Virus record (IMG/VR): IMGVR_UViG_3300008107_000012
From: a virus
DNA: 64,000 nucleotides
Reading direction: 5' to 3' (one strand)
The translations under genes and the position numbers were made by a program. Positions within the stretch are counted from its first letter, which is position 1, and each line of letters starts with the position of its first letter. Below, piece by piece: positions 30,778 to 41,322 of the stretch. The notes beneath the pieces are model-generated. The model was not told the origin of the DNA and made no database searches. It saw only the letters and a list, made by a program, of their open reading frames with translations.

Positions 30778-31286
30778 ACATTTTTGTAACTTCTCCCTGG
30801 CCTGCCGAAAGTGCTATCTGCCTTCCCGACAAGCATATTGTTAAGATGCCCCTGGAGTGCTGTCAAATGCTCTCCATTGTTGCATCTGATAAATGGGGTC
30901 ACGGGTACGGTTATCTTTATAAATCTGATGAGACACCTTACAAAACTGAGAAGGGTGCGTTTCGTAATCATCCCTGCACCAAATGGGCACTGGAAAATAT
31001 CCATAATGCCTATTGGTTGATTAAACACGGATTGAACTTGTGTGATGAGTACACCTTGCGTTATAATAAAGTTCATTCGTGCTACAAGACACTTGTAGAT
31101 GCTTACTATCTTTTCCCAAAAGGTAAGATTACTGAAGTAACTCCATTTGCCCGTGCGATGCCAGATGAATTTAAACTGGACACAACTATTGACACTTTTA
31201 CTGCTTACAAGATGTACATTAGCAGCAAACCTTGGGTTGCATTTAATTATCTTCGTATGCCAGAACGAAAACCTGATTGGATTTGA
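30774..31286 (+). CDS. pyrimidine-dimer DNA glycosylase (DenV-related) family protein
   Basis: MNIF......SA..L.DKH.VKM.LE..QMLS, NHPCT.W, RY.K.H. Confidence 0.75.
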   Translation: MNIFVTSPWPAESAICLPDKHIVKMPLECCQMLSIVASDKWGHGYGYLYKSDETPYKTEKGAFRNHPCTKWALENIHNAYWLIKHGLNLCDEYTLRYNKVHSCYKTLVDAYYLFPKGKITEVTPFARAMPDEFKLDTTIDTFTAYKMYISSKPWVAFNYLRMPERKPDWI

Positions 31287-31288
31287 TT

Positions 31289-32233
31289 ATGACAAGTGAA
31301 TTTCTTTTTGTGGAGAAATACCGTCCTCAAGTAATTGATGACTGTATTCTTCCTGATGATACTAAAAAAACCTTTAAGGAGTTTGTGGAGAAGGGTGAGA
31401 TTCCGAATCTCCTTCTTGCTGGACCTCCTGGTATTGGTAAAACAACAATCGCAAAAGCATTATGTAATGAGTTAGGAGCAGACTTTTATGTCATCAACGG
31501 ATCCGACGAAGGACGTTTCTTGGATACTGTACGGAACCAAGCAAAGAACTTTGCTTCGACCGTCTCACTTACGGGATCTTCTAAACACAAAGTCATCATC
31601 ATCGATGAGGCTGATAACACAGGAAACGACGTACAACTCCTTCTACGGGCAAATATTGAGGCATTTTATAACAACTGTCGATTCATCTTCACCTGTAACT
31701 ACAAAAACAAGATTATTGAACCTCTTCACTCCCGATGTGCCGTCATCGACTTCACAATCAAAGGGAAGCAAAAAGTTCAACTTGCTGGAAGTTTCTTTCA
31801 ACGCCTTCAGACAATCTTGGATGTTGAAAAAATTGAGTATGAGCAAAAAGTCCTTGCAGAGTTGGTATCAAAGCACTTCCCAGACTTTCGTAGGGTCCTT
31901 AACGAGTGTCAGAGGTACGCTACGGGAGGAAAAATCGACTCGGGCATTCTTGCATCTTTCTCAGACATCTCTGTAAATGAACTCGTCAAGAACCTTAAGG
32001 ATAAGAACTTTACAGAAGTCCGTAAGTGGGTGGTCTCCAACTTGGACAACGATACTACTAGTATACTTCGCAGGATTTATGACGCCTGTTATGATTGCCT
32101 TTCACCCCAATCTATCCCTGCTGCCGTTCTTGTTATTGCTAAGTATCAATACCAAAGTGCGTTTGTGGCTGACCAGGAAATTAACCTATTAGCAGCATTA
32201 ACTGAAATTATGGTTGAATGTGAGTTTAATTGA
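31289..32233 (+). CDS. gp44: clamp loader large subunit gp44
   Basis: VEKYRP, GPPGIGKTT, IIDEAD, LHSRC. Confidence 0.96.
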   Translation: MTSEFLFVEKYRPQVIDDCILPDDTKKTFKEFVEKGEIPNLLLAGPPGIGKTTIAKALCNELGADFYVINGSDEGRFLDTVRNQAKNFASTVSLTGSSKHKVIIIDEADNTGNDVQLLLRANIEAFYNNCRFIFTCNYKNKIIEPLHSRCAVIDFTIKGKQKVQLAGSFFQRLQTILDVEKIEYEQKVLAELVSKHFPDFRRVLNECQRYATGGKIDSGILASFSDISVNELVKNLKDKNFTEVRKWVVSNLDNDTTSILRRIYDACYDCLSPQSIPAAVLVIAKYQYQSAFVADQEINLLAALTEIMVECEFN

Positions 32234-32234
32234 T

Positions 32235-32615
32235 ATGGAATTGTCTGATTGGTTGAGGTCTATTAACGAGACAAAGAAAAATTTAATAGAAGAGACTCCA
32301 GAAGTAATAAAAGAATATCCTCCGTATATTATTAATAAATCTTTATCTGGTTGTATTGATTCTGTTCTCTTTGCAAATGAGATGAATATGAATCATCATT
32401 TAAGTAAAGATATGCAATATTCGTTTTATCTAAATAGTCTAAGGAAAAGGAAGAGATTTTCTCCCTGGCTCCGTAAGGATAAAATCACGGACTTAGAATG
32501 TGTAAAACAATACTATGATTATAGTAATGAAAAAGCATCTCAAGCACTGAAAATCCTGACAAAAGAACAAATTAACTTTATTAAACAACGACTTGAAACT
32601 GGAGGATCAAAATGA
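32235..32615 (+). CDS. gp62: clamp loader small subunit gp62
   Basis: YPPYI.N..LS, NEMN, RKRFSPW, YY.YS.EKA. Confidence 0.92.
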   Translation: MELSDWLRSINETKKNLIEETPEVIKEYPPYIINKSLSGCIDSVLFANEMNMNHHLSKDMQYSFYLNSLRKRKRFSPWLRKDKITDLECVKQYYDYSNEKASQALKILTKEQINFIKQRLETGGSK

Positions 32616-33049
32616 CTACTACGGTAGAACCTACTGTTGAATGGTCTCAAGGCCAAATGGTAGAAGTAATTCTTAATGAACCTGATGACTTTTTGAAAGT
32701 TCGTGAAACTTTGACACGTATCGGAGTTGCATCAAGAAAGGAGAAAAAACTATATCAATCTTGCCATATTCTTCATAAGCAAGGTAGATATTTCATCGTT
32801 CATTTTAAGGAACTGTTTGCTCTTGATGGCAAACACGCAAATCTTACTGTGAATGATGTTCAACGTCGCAATCGTATCGCAAGACTTCTTGCTGATTGGG
32901 GACTAATTACTGTTGTAAAACCAGATTCTGTTGCTGATATTGCTCCCCTGAATCAAATCAAAGTTCTTTCCTATAAGGACAAGGGTGATTGGATTCTTGA
33001 ACAGAAATATAATATTGGCAAAAAAGGAAAGGGAGTAGAAACCGAATAA
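32612..33049 (+). CDS. regA: translational repressor RegA
   Basis: DDFLKVRETLTRIGVA, LYQSCHILHKQGRY.IVHFKELF. Confidence 0.97.
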   Translation: MTTTVEPTVEWSQGQMVEVILNEPDDFLKVRETLTRIGVASRKEKKLYQSCHILHKQGRYFIVHFKELFALDGKHANLTVNDVQRRNRIARLLADWGLITVVKPDSVADIAPLNQIKVLSYKDKGDWILEQKYNIGKKGKGVETE

Positions 33050-33097
33050 ATAAGTATGAGACCTTTCGTGCGGTCTCTACGAAAGTCGGAACACCCT

Positions 33098-33133
33098 AAA
33101 AAGAGGTTCGGTTTTGCCGATACCTCTTTTTTT
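33098..33133 (+). terminator. intrinsic terminator after regA and the small pseudoknotted RNA
   Basis: aagagg-tcgg / ccga-cctctt followed by a T run. Confidence 0.75.
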
Positions 33134-33208
33134 CGTATCTTATATAATTAATAATGGATGCCGAAAGGGTCCATAAAACACAAACTCGCTTTAAAAGGAG
33201 CTACCATA

Positions 33209-33643
33209 ATGACTAACCTTACAAGGTATACTGCTGCGGATCTTTCTACGTTGATGGATAAGATCACACGGAATAGTATTGGACTGGATGAATACTTTGA
33301 TCGTATCTTCAGTCTTCACGAAACGACTTCTAACTATCCCCCATATAATCTGGTTCAAGTTAGTAATGTAGAGTCCCGACTGGAACTTGCGCTTGCTGGA
33401 TTTAAGAAAGGTGAAGTTTATGTCTATACTCAAGACGGTAAACTCTTTATCGAAGGTCAAAAAGAAGATAAAGAGACAGAAACTAGGTATGTCCACAAAG
33501 GTTTGGCTCAACGGAGTTTTACACGTTCCTGGACACTCTCTGATGATACGGAAGTTAGATCAGTTGATTTTGAGGATGGGCTTTTGACTGTGACTCTTGG
33601 CAGGATTGTTCCTGAGCATCACAAGAGGAAAGATTACCTCTAA
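33209..33643 (+). CDS. hsp20: small heat-shock protein
   Basis: YPPYN, LELALAGF, H.GLA.R.F.R, F.DGLL.V.L; SD aggag upstream of ATG 33209. Confidence 0.93.
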   Translation: MTNLTRYTAADLSTLMDKITRNSIGLDEYFDRIFSLHETTSNYPPYNLVQVSNVESRLELALAGFKKGEVYVYTQDGKLFIEGQKEDKETETRYVHKGLAQRSFTRSWTLSDDTEVRSVDFEDGLLTVTLGRIVPEHHKRKDYL

Positions 33644-33656
33644 ATAAAAATAAAAA

Positions 33657-33845
33657 ATGAAATCTTTCGACGAGTTCAAAACAATTGCATATAAAAATGC
33701 AGTTCCTCACACTGTTTATTCTGGAGGAAAATCAAAACAAATTCCAAAAGGAAAATCAGTTCCTGTAAGAAGTCGTTCAAGTGCTGGTGGTAATGGAGAT
33801 TCTGGTGATGGTGGCGGTGGAGATGGTGGAGATGGTGGAGAATAA
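33657..33845 (+). CDS. small protein with MKSFDEF N-terminus and Gly/Asp-rich tail
   Basis: ORF track; TAAATA upstream. Confidence 0.6.
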   Translation: MKSFDEFKTIAYKNAVPHTVYSGGKSKQIPKGKSVPVRSRSSAGGNGDSGDGGGGDGGDGGE

Positions 33846-33943
33846 ATAGAATTGAATATCGTCGGCGCAGAGGAGCACCTGGCAAAATCCAGGTTGACTC
33901 CTCCTTTTTTTGTTGCTAAAATATTGAGAGGTATGAGAAAAAA

Positions 33944-34333
33944 ATGTCTGTCAAACTTATTCTATTGCAGTCTGGGGAAAGCATTGTTTCTGAAATAAAA
34001 GAGGGTTATTTTCAAGATAAACTAGTTTGTTATATTTTGGAAAATCCTTGTATTGTATTTGTTAATGGAACATATAAAATTCTTGATCAGGAGGATAATG
34101 CAGATACTGAAAACAAGGTAAGTGTTTCTCTTCGTCGTTGGCCATCTATGTTATCTCTGGCAAAAGAACAAATGACTACAATTGAACTGTCTCCAAACTC
34201 TATTGTAACTGTTTTGGATCCAATTGATAGTCTTAAAAAAATGTATGAAACTCAAGTATTAGGTATTAAAGAAGATGAATCCAATCAAAGTATTAGTATT
34301 AATGACCAGTCAGATTCTGATCAGTCAGATTGA
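33944..34333 (+). CDS. hypothetical protein
   Basis: KL..L.SGE.I motif; sigma70-like ttgact..taaaat upstream. Confidence 0.65.
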   Translation: MSVKLILLQSGESIVSEIKEGYFQDKLVCYILENPCIVFVNGTYKILDQEDNADTENKVSVSLRRWPSMLSLAKEQMTTIELSPNSIVTVLDPIDSLKKMYETQVLGIKEDESNQSISINDQSDSDQSD

Positions 34334-34550
34334 AGAAGTGGGAGCAGATATTGGAGAACCTGATTGTAAGTTAATTAAACCATTTGTCTTAAAAGAACCT
34401 CAAATTGAGGGACTTTCTAGAACACTTGAACCATTTTTAATGGGGATTACAAAACAAGATACATTTATGATGAGTTCGGATAAGATTCTTACACTTGCTG
34501 ATCCGACACCAACACTACTTGAAAAATATGAGGACTTGATTAAAGAATGA
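34275..34550 (+). CDS. conserved hypothetical protein upstream of gp43
   Basis: ADIGEPDC.L..P, SDKILT...P. Confidence 0.7.
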   Translation: MNPIKVLVLMTSQILISQIEEVGADIGEPDCKLIKPFVLKEPQIEGLSRTLEPFLMGITKQDTFMMSSDKILTLADPTPTLLEKYEDLIKE

Positions 34551-37042
34551 GATTTTACACTAATGTTCAGTTGATTGGAAATCAATTTTTGGTTCGTGGA
34601 GTAGAAAATGGCAAAAGATTTGAGACAAGGGATGAGTTCTTCCCAACTCTTTATGTGAAAACTAAAAAAGATTCTAAGTATAGAACATTGAGTGGAGAAG
34701 CAGTTGAACCAGTAAATCCTGGAACTGTTCGTGACTGTCGTGAGTTTTATAGTAAATATGAAAGTGTAGATGGGTTCGAGATTTATGGAAACGACCGTTA
34801 TATCTACCAATACATCTCAGAAAAGTATCCAGAGGATGAAATCAAGTTTGATATTAGTAAAATTAAACTTGTGACTCTAGATATTGAGGTTGCCTCTGAG
34901 GGAGGATTCCCTGATGTAGAATCTGCTTCGGAGGAAATTCTTTCTATTACAATTCAGGATTATACAACGAAGAAGATTGTTACTTGGGGAGTTAAACCTT
35001 TCAAGCATAATCGTAAAGATCTGACTTATCATCATTGTCCTTCTGAGTATGAACTTCTCAATCATTTTATTAACTATTGGATGATTGATGTTCCTGATGT
35101 GATTACTGGATGGAACATTCAGATGTATGACGTTCCCTATATCTGCAAGAGACTTAATCGGGTTCTTGGAGAGAAACTAATGAAGCGTTTCTCAAACTGG
35201 GGACTTGTGACTGAGGGTGAAGTATTCATCAATGGACGTAAGCACACCACGTTTGATGTTGGTGGTTTGACTCAACTTGACTATCTAGATCTTTATAAGA
35301 AATTCACTTATAAGGTTCAGGAATCTTATCGTCTGGATTATATTGCTGAGGTAGAACTTGGACAGAAAAAACTAGATCACTCTGAGTTTGATACGTTCAA
35401 AGATTTCTATACTAAGGGTTGGCAAAAGTTCATTGAATATAACATCATTGACGTAGAACTTGTTGACCGTCTGGAAGACAAGATGAAACTGATTGAACTT
35501 GCTCTGACGATGGCATATGACGCAAAAGTGAATTATGCTGATGTGTTTTATCAGGTTCGTATGTGGGATAATATCATCTACACTTATCTTAAGAAGAAGA
35601 ATATTGTAATCCCTCCAAAGAACAAGACAAAGAAAGATGAGAAGTATGAAGGTGCTTATGTAAAAGAACCGATTCCTGGAATGTATGATTGGGTGGTGAG
35701 TTTTGACTTGAACTCTCTATACCCTCACCTGATTATGCAATACAACATCTCACCAGAAACTCTGATGGAGGAACGTCATCCCACAGTTAATGTAGATAAA
35801 ATCCTCAATCAAGAACTTACGTTTGAGATGTATAAGGATTATGCGGTGTGTGCGAATGGTGCAATGTTCCGTAAGGATGTCCGTGGATTTCTTCCTGAGT
35901 TGATGGAGAAGATCTACAATGAACGTGTGATCTTCAAGAAGAAAATGCTTGCGGCAGAGCAAGAGTATGAGAAGACTAAGAATAAAGAATTAGTCAAAGA
36001 GATTGCCCGATGTAACAACATTCAGATGGCTCGTAAGATTCAACTCAACTCTGCTTATGGTGCAATTGGAAACCAGTATTTCCGTTACTATAAACTGGCA
36101 AATGCTGAGGCAATTACTCTTTCGGGTAAGGTTTCAATTCAGTGGATTATGAATAAGATGAATTCTTATGTAAATAAAATTCTTAAGACGGAAGGGGAAG
36201 ATTATGTTATTGCTTCTGATACTGATTCTATCTATCTCAATATGGGTCCTTTGGTTGAAACTATATTCAAAGGAAGAGAGAAAACTACTCAAGACGTTGT
36301 TTCGTTCCTTGATAAGATCTGTCAGGTGGAACTTGAAAAATATATTGAAGGTTCTTACCAAGAACTGGCGAATTATGTGAATGCTTACGATCAGAAGATG
36401 ATTATGAAGCGTGAATGTATTGCCGAACGTGGAATTTGGACTGCAAAGAAACGATACATTCTGAGTGTCTGGGATAGTGAAGGTGTTCGTTATGAATCTC
36501 CTAAACTAAAGATTAAAGGTATTGAAGCAATCAAATCTTCTACTCCTGCTCCTTGTCGTAAGATGCTAAAAGATGCATTTAATATTCTGATGAGTGGAAG
36601 TGAGGATGATATGATTAAATTTATTGATGATTTTCGTTTTAAATTTAAGAAGTTATCCCCCGAAGAAATTTCATTCCCACGTTCAGCATCCGATGTTCAA
36701 AAATATACATCACATTCTCAAATTTATGTTAAAGGAACACCAATTCACGTTCGTGGAGCACTTCTTTTCAATTATTATGTAAAACAAAATAATCTTGCTG
36801 GAAAATATTCTCTTATTCAAAATGGAGAAAAGATTAAATTTGTTTATCTGAAAAAACCAAATATTATTCACGAAAACGTAATTTCATTTATTCAAGAGTT
36901 TCCTAAGGAACTCAATCTTGACAAATACATAGATTATGAACTACAATTTGAGAAAGCATTTCTAGAACCACTTCGTGTTATTCTTGATATTATCGGGTGG
37001 AATGTAGAAAAGACAGCAAACCTTGAATCATTTTTTGCCTAA
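34547..37042 (+). CDS. gp43: family B DNA polymerase gp43
   Basis: Exo DIEV, SFDLNSLYP, K..LNSAYG, SDTDS, KKRY. Confidence 0.98.
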   Translation: MRFYTNVQLIGNQFLVRGVENGKRFETRDEFFPTLYVKTKKDSKYRTLSGEAVEPVNPGTVRDCREFYSKYESVDGFEIYGNDRYIYQYISEKYPEDEIKFDISKIKLVTLDIEVASEGGFPDVESASEEILSITIQDYTTKKIVTWGVKPFKHNRKDLTYHHCPSEYELLNHFINYWMIDVPDVITGWNIQMYDVPYICKRLNRVLGEKLMKRFSNWGLVTEGEVFINGRKHTTFDVGGLTQLDYLDLYKKFTYKVQESYRLDYIAEVELGQKKLDHSEFDTFKDFYTKGWQKFIEYNIIDVELVDRLEDKMKLIELALTMAYDAKVNYADVFYQVRMWDNIIYTYLKKKNIVIPPKNKTKKDEKYEGAYVKEPIPGMYDWVVSFDLNSLYPHLIMQYNISPETLMEERHPTVNVDKILNQELTFEMYKDYAVCANGAMFRKDVRGFLPELMEKIYNERVIFKKKMLAAEQEYEKTKNKELVKEIARCNNIQMARKIQLNSAYGAIGNQYFRYYKLANAEAITLSGKVSIQWIMNKMNSYVNKILKTEGEDYVIASDTDSIYLNMGPLVETIFKGREKTTQDVVSFLDKICQVELEKYIEGSYQELANYVNAYDQKMIMKRECIAERGIWTAKKRYILSVWDSEGVRYESPKLKIKGIEAIKSSTPAPCRKMLKDAFNILMSGSEDDMIKFIDDFRFKFKKLSPEEISFPRSASDVQKYTSHSQIYVKGTPIHVRGALLFNYYVKQNNLAGKYSLIQNGEKIKFVYLKKPNIIHENVISFIQEFPKELNLDKYIDYELQFEKAFLEPLRVILDIIGWNVEKTANLESFFA

Positions 37043-38049
37043 TGGACTTTTTAAAAGATATTGTAAAAGAAATTGGTGATGATTACACCAAACTTGCATC
37101 AGATATTGATGAGACTGAGACTTATGTTGACACAGGTTCGTATATTTTTAACGCACTGGTTTCAGGTAGTATTTTTGGCGGTGTCTCTGGGAATAAGATT
37201 ACTGCTATTGCTGGAGAGTCTTCTACTGGAAAGACTTTCTTCAGCCTCGCCGTGGTTAAGAATTTCCTTGATAATCATCCCGATGGTTATTGTCTCTACT
37301 TTGATACTGAGGCTGCCATTACAAAATCTCTTTTAGAGAGTCGTGGTATTGATACGGCAAGATTTGTTGTTATTAATGTTGTGACTGTAGAAGAGTTTCG
37401 TACCAAAGCACTTAAAGCAGTTGATCTTTATATGAAGAAACCTGAAGAAGAACGTAGTCCTTGTATGTTTGTTCTTGATTCTTTGGGAATGCTCTCTACA
37501 AGCAAAGAGATTACTGACGCACTAAATGAAAAGGAAGTTAGGGATATGACTAAATCTCAACTTATCAAAGGTGCTTTCCGAATGCTCACACTTAAATTAG
37601 GTCAAGCAAATGTTCCACTCATTGTCACAAATCATACATACGATGTCATCGGAGCTTATGTACCAACGAAAGAAATGGGGGGAGGTTCTGGACTCAAATA
37701 CGCAGCCTCTACAATCATTTATCTCTCAAAGAAGAAGGAAAAGGATGGAACAGAAGTGGTCGGAAATATTATCAAGGCTAAGACTGCTAAATCACGTCTA
37801 AGTAAGGAAAATAAAGATGTAGAGATTCGTCTTTTTTATGATGAACGTGGTCTTGATCGATATTACGGATTACTTGAACTCGGTGAAATTGGAGGACTTT
37901 GGAAGAATGTAGCAGGACGATATGAGATTGATGGTAAGAAGATTTATGCTAAACAAATTCTGAAAGAACCTGAAGTATATTTTACCGAAGAAGTAATGCA
38001 ACAGTTGGACGAAATCGCACGTAAGGAATTTAGTTATGGAGAAAGTTGA
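37042..38049 (+). CDS. uvsX: RecA-like recombinase UvsX
   Basis: GESSTGKT, DTE, DSLG, NHTY, MGGGSG. Confidence 0.96.
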   Translation: MDFLKDIVKEIGDDYTKLASDIDETETYVDTGSYIFNALVSGSIFGGVSGNKITAIAGESSTGKTFFSLAVVKNFLDNHPDGYCLYFDTEAAITKSLLESRGIDTARFVVINVVTVEEFRTKALKAVDLYMKKPEEERSPCMFVLDSLGMLSTSKEITDALNEKEVRDMTKSQLIKGAFRMLTLKLGQANVPLIVTNHTYDVIGAYVPTKEMGGGSGLKYAASTIIYLSKKKEKDGTEVVGNIIKAKTAKSRLSKENKDVEIRLFYDERGLDRYYGLLELGEIGGLWKNVAGRYEIDGKKIYAKQILKEPEVYFTEEVMQQLDEIARKEFSYGES

Positions 38050-39415
38050 GTTTCTAATTCTTAGAAACCTGTTACATAATGAAGAATACATTCGAAAAGT
38101 AATACCGTTTATCAAATCTGAATATTTTGTAGATACAAATCAAAAGATTGTATTTGAAGAAATGCTTTCTTTTGTTCAAGAATACAATCAACCCGCAACT
38201 AAAGAAGTTCTTTGTATTGAAGTAGAAAAACGTCAGGATATCAATGACACTTCTTTTAAGGAAATCATTCAATTAATTTCTTCTCTTGAAGATGTTCCTG
38301 TCGAGTTCAACTGGTTAGTTGACTGTACTGAAAAGTGGTGTCGTGATCGTGCCATTTATCTAGCACTTATGGAGTCTATTCATATTGCTGATGGAAAAGA
38401 TGAAAAGAAGAATCGTGACAGTATTCCTTCTATTCTTTCTGATGCTCTTGCTGTGAGTTTTGATACTCATATAGGTCACGATTATCTACAAGACTATGAG
38501 CAAAGATATGAGTCATACCACAAAAAGGAGGATAAAATTGAATTTGATCTTGAATACTTTAACAAAATTACCAAAGGCGGTCTCCCTAACAAGACTCTTA
38601 ATATCGCTCTTGCTGGTACGGGTGTCGGCAAGTCTTTATTCATGTGCCATGTTGCTAGCTCCGTCTTGCTCCAAGGACGGAACGTTCTGTACATTACGTT
38701 GGAAATGGCAGAAGAGCGCATTGCTGAAAGAATTGACGCAAACCTTTTGAATGTTCCTATCCAAGATATTGTTGACCTTCCTAAGCAAATGTTTGAGAAT
38801 AAGGTCAACAATCTTGCAAAGAAGACTCAAGGAACTCTTATAATTAAGGAATATCCTACTGCTTCCGCACATGCAGGACACTTTAAGTCACTTCTTAATG
38901 AACTTGCACTTAAGAAGTCATTTAGACCTGATATTATTTTTATTGATTACCTTAATATTTGTGCTTCCTCTAGGTATCGCGGAAACAGTAACATTAATTC
39001 TTATACTTTCGTCAAGGCAATTGCTGAGGAACTTAGGGGGCTCGCAGTTGAGTTTAATGTCCCGATTGTCTCCGCTACTCAGACCACTCGTTCAGGTTAT
39101 GGTAGTTCTGATGTTGAACTTACTGATACTTCTGAATCCTTTGGTCTTCCTGCTACTGCTGACCTTATGTTTGCCCTTATTAGCACTGAAGAGTTGGAAG
39201 GTCTTGGACAAATACTGGTGAAACAACTTAAGAATCGTTATAATGACCCAACCATTCATAAGAGGTTTGTGGTTGGTATCGATAGGGCAAAAATGCGTCT
39301 TTATGACTGCGAACAATCTGCTCAAAATGATATCCTTGACAATGGAAAGGAAGAAGAGTATGATTATCACGAAGAAAACAAACCTAAAAAATCATTTGAA
39401 GGATTTAAATTCTAA
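38036..39415 (+). CDS. gp41: replicative helicase gp41
   Basis: AGTGVGKS, TLEM, DYLN, SATQ, SESFGLP, KNRY. Confidence 0.97.
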   Translation: MEKVEFLILRNLLHNEEYIRKVIPFIKSEYFVDTNQKIVFEEMLSFVQEYNQPATKEVLCIEVEKRQDINDTSFKEIIQLISSLEDVPVEFNWLVDCTEKWCRDRAIYLALMESIHIADGKDEKKNRDSIPSILSDALAVSFDTHIGHDYLQDYEQRYESYHKKEDKIEFDLEYFNKITKGGLPNKTLNIALAGTGVGKSLFMCHVASSVLLQGRNVLYITLEMAEERIAERIDANLLNVPIQDIVDLPKQMFENKVNNLAKKTQGTLIIKEYPTASAHAGHFKSLLNELALKKSFRPDIIFIDYLNICASSRYRGNSNINSYTFVKAIAEELRGLAVEFNVPIVSATQTTRSGYGSSDVELTDTSESFGLPATADLMFALISTEELEGLGQILVKQLKNRYNDPTIHKRFVVGIDRAKMRLYDCEQSAQNDILDNGKEEEYDYHEENKPKKSFEGFKF

Positions 39416-39828
39416 TGACTAAAGTTATTGATACAAACAAATATATTGAATTCGTTCGTCAAACTACAAGTCCTGCAAGTAGTGATTTTGCACAACTTCT
39501 TGCACGTATGACTGAACTTGAAGCACAAGATGATGCTGATGTTCCTCGTCTTCTCACTGCTGCTCTGGGTATGAGTGCAGAAGCAGGTGAGTTTACTGAA
39601 GTTGTGAAGAAGATTGTTCTTCAAGGCAAACCATACAATGAAGAAAATGCTTTTCACCTGAAGCGTGAACTTGGTGATATCTGTTGGTATCTCTCTCAGG
39701 CATTTATGGCTCTTGATACTAACTTTGAGGAGATTCTTCAGATGAACTTTGAGAAACTGAGTGCTCGTTATCCTGAAGGTACTTTTGATGTTTATCGTTC
39801 CGAAAATCGTGTGGAGGGAGACCTGTGA
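39415..39828 (+). CDS. mazG: MazG-like nucleoside triphosphate pyrophosphohydrolase
   Basis: E.GEF.E.VKK, ELGD..WY, N..KL..RYP. Confidence 0.92.
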   Translation: MTKVIDTNKYIEFVRQTTSPASSDFAQLLARMTELEAQDDADVPRLLTAALGMSAEAGEFTEVVKKIVLQGKPYNEENAFHLKRELGDICWYLSQAFMALDTNFEEILQMNFEKLSARYPEGTFDVYRSENRVEGDL

Positions 39829-40001
39829 GTAAAGTAACTATTAAAATGGATGCTCGTCAAGCAGCAGCAATTCGTCAAATTCTTTTTGATGCACAAAAGG
39901 GATATACTTATGATGAGGTAAGTGTTCCTCCTCGTATCTCTGATGTTCGTGAAGTCATTCAACAACTTGATAATAGTATTGGTGCAGTTCTTGGTATCTG
40001 A
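39825..40001 (+). CDS. small hypothetical protein (58 aa, GTG start, not in ORF track)
   Basis: MSKVTIKMDARQAAAIRQILF...; GTGA overlap with the mazG stop. Confidence 0.55.
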   Translation: MSKVTIKMDARQAAAIRQILFDAQKGYTYDEVSVPPRISDVREVIQQLDNSIGAVLGI

Positions 40002-40021
40002 TAAATACTTAGAAAACAGCA

Positions 40022-40531
40022 ATGTACTTTTCTGAGTGGAGAAAACTTCAAAGAGACTGTGGGATGTTTAATATCTCGCAGTCTTTTGTTGCAGAAGGAA
40101 TATCAAGAAATGACTTTGAAAACGTAGTTCATACCTTTCTTCCCTTTGTAAAAAAAGAATTGAGAATTAAAGAACTTCCAAAAATTCATTTTGTTGATGA
40201 CCCAAAATTTGCAAGAAGAATCGCAGCATTTGGACAGATTAAAGATAATCGTATCGTAATTGATATTCAAGGTCGTCAGACGATGGATATTCTAAGAACA
40301 GTTGCACACGAACTTACTCATTATAGTCAACATAGAACTGGGGTACGTGGGAGTGGTAAAGCAGGAAGTCCTACTGAGAATGAAGCAAATAGACTTGCTG
40401 GAACAATTGTAAGAAAGTTTGGAGAAAAGAATCCTAATTTATTTGCACTCCCTTCAGTCAATGAAGCAAAAAAGAAGAAAAAGAAAACAATAAACATTGA
40501 TTCTGAGCATTATCCTATGGAACTTGTTTAG
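40022..40531 (+). CDS. putative zinc metallopeptidase
   Basis: LRT.AHELTH..Q and downstream E.EAN..AG. Confidence 0.75.
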   Translation: MYFSEWRKLQRDCGMFNISQSFVAEGISRNDFENVVHTFLPFVKKELRIKELPKIHFVDDPKFARRIAAFGQIKDNRIVIDIQGRQTMDILRTVAHELTHYSQHRTGVRGSGKAGSPTENEANRLAGTIVRKFGEKNPNLFALPSVNEAKKKKKKTINIDSEHYPMELV

Positions 40532-40563
40532 GTTATAAATAACTAAAAATATTAGAAAAAAAA

Positions 40564-41262
40564 ATGTCTAGAATTACTGGAAAAGATGCTCTTGAACTCT
40601 TCAAAGCATATCAAACTGTATATGCTCCTCAGGAAATGACCGAAGAGCAAATTTGGGAAGAAGTTGAGAATTGGGTAAATTCACTTCTAGAAGAAGGTTA
40701 TGACCTGAGTGATTATACTTGGGAAGATATGTATGAGGCTTATGTTGATGAAGAAAGAGCACCTGGTGTAAAACCATATCGTCCAGGACCAACTCAGGCA
40801 GAAGTAAGAGCAAATGCTGCAAAGGCAGCAAAGCAAAAGGCAGAATCTGGTAAGGGTAAGAGTGGTTATGGTCCTGACGAGAAGTTCAAGGATTGGAAGG
40901 ACAAAGCAACTCCCGCAAGTACTTTAAAGAGAAAAGGCGGAGAAACCGAAACAGTTTCTCAAAGAATGAATAGAGAAAAGCCCTATGCCAAGAGAATGAC
41001 TGGGCAGATGGCAAGAGAGTATGGAAGCCGTCATGCTGCTGAAGTCACCCGTGTTGTAAAAGGTGCTGGTGAACCACAAGCAGTTACCTATCCAAGAAAG
41101 GGTTCTAAAGTATCGAAAGAAGTCATTCGTAAAGAGCACGTAGATGTTTATGATGTAGTTCTTTCACATCTTCTCGATGAAGGATATGCTAACTCTGTAG
41201 ATGCTGCAGAAAAGATTATGGTTAATATGAGTGAGAAGTGGATTGAAAGTATTCTAGGTTGA
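40564..41262 (+). CDS. late hypothetical protein with acidic L.EGY end modules flanking a basic core
   Basis: LLEEGYDLSDYTWEDMYE ... YD.VL.HLLDEGYA....AE.IMVNMSE.W; TATAAATA at 40534. Confidence 0.7.
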   Translation: MSRITGKDALELFKAYQTVYAPQEMTEEQIWEEVENWVNSLLEEGYDLSDYTWEDMYEAYVDEERAPGVKPYRPGPTQAEVRANAAKAAKQKAESGKGKSGYGPDEKFKDWKDKATPASTLKRKGGETETVSQRMNREKPYAKRMTGQMAREYGSRHAAEVTRVVKGAGEPQAVTYPRKGSKVSKEVIRKEHVDVYDVVLSHLLDEGYANSVDAAEKIMVNMSEKWIESILG

Positions 41263-41322
41263 TATAAAATAAATTAAAATTATTCCCCCCCTTTTCTAAA
41301 TACAAGAAAGGGGGGATTTTTT

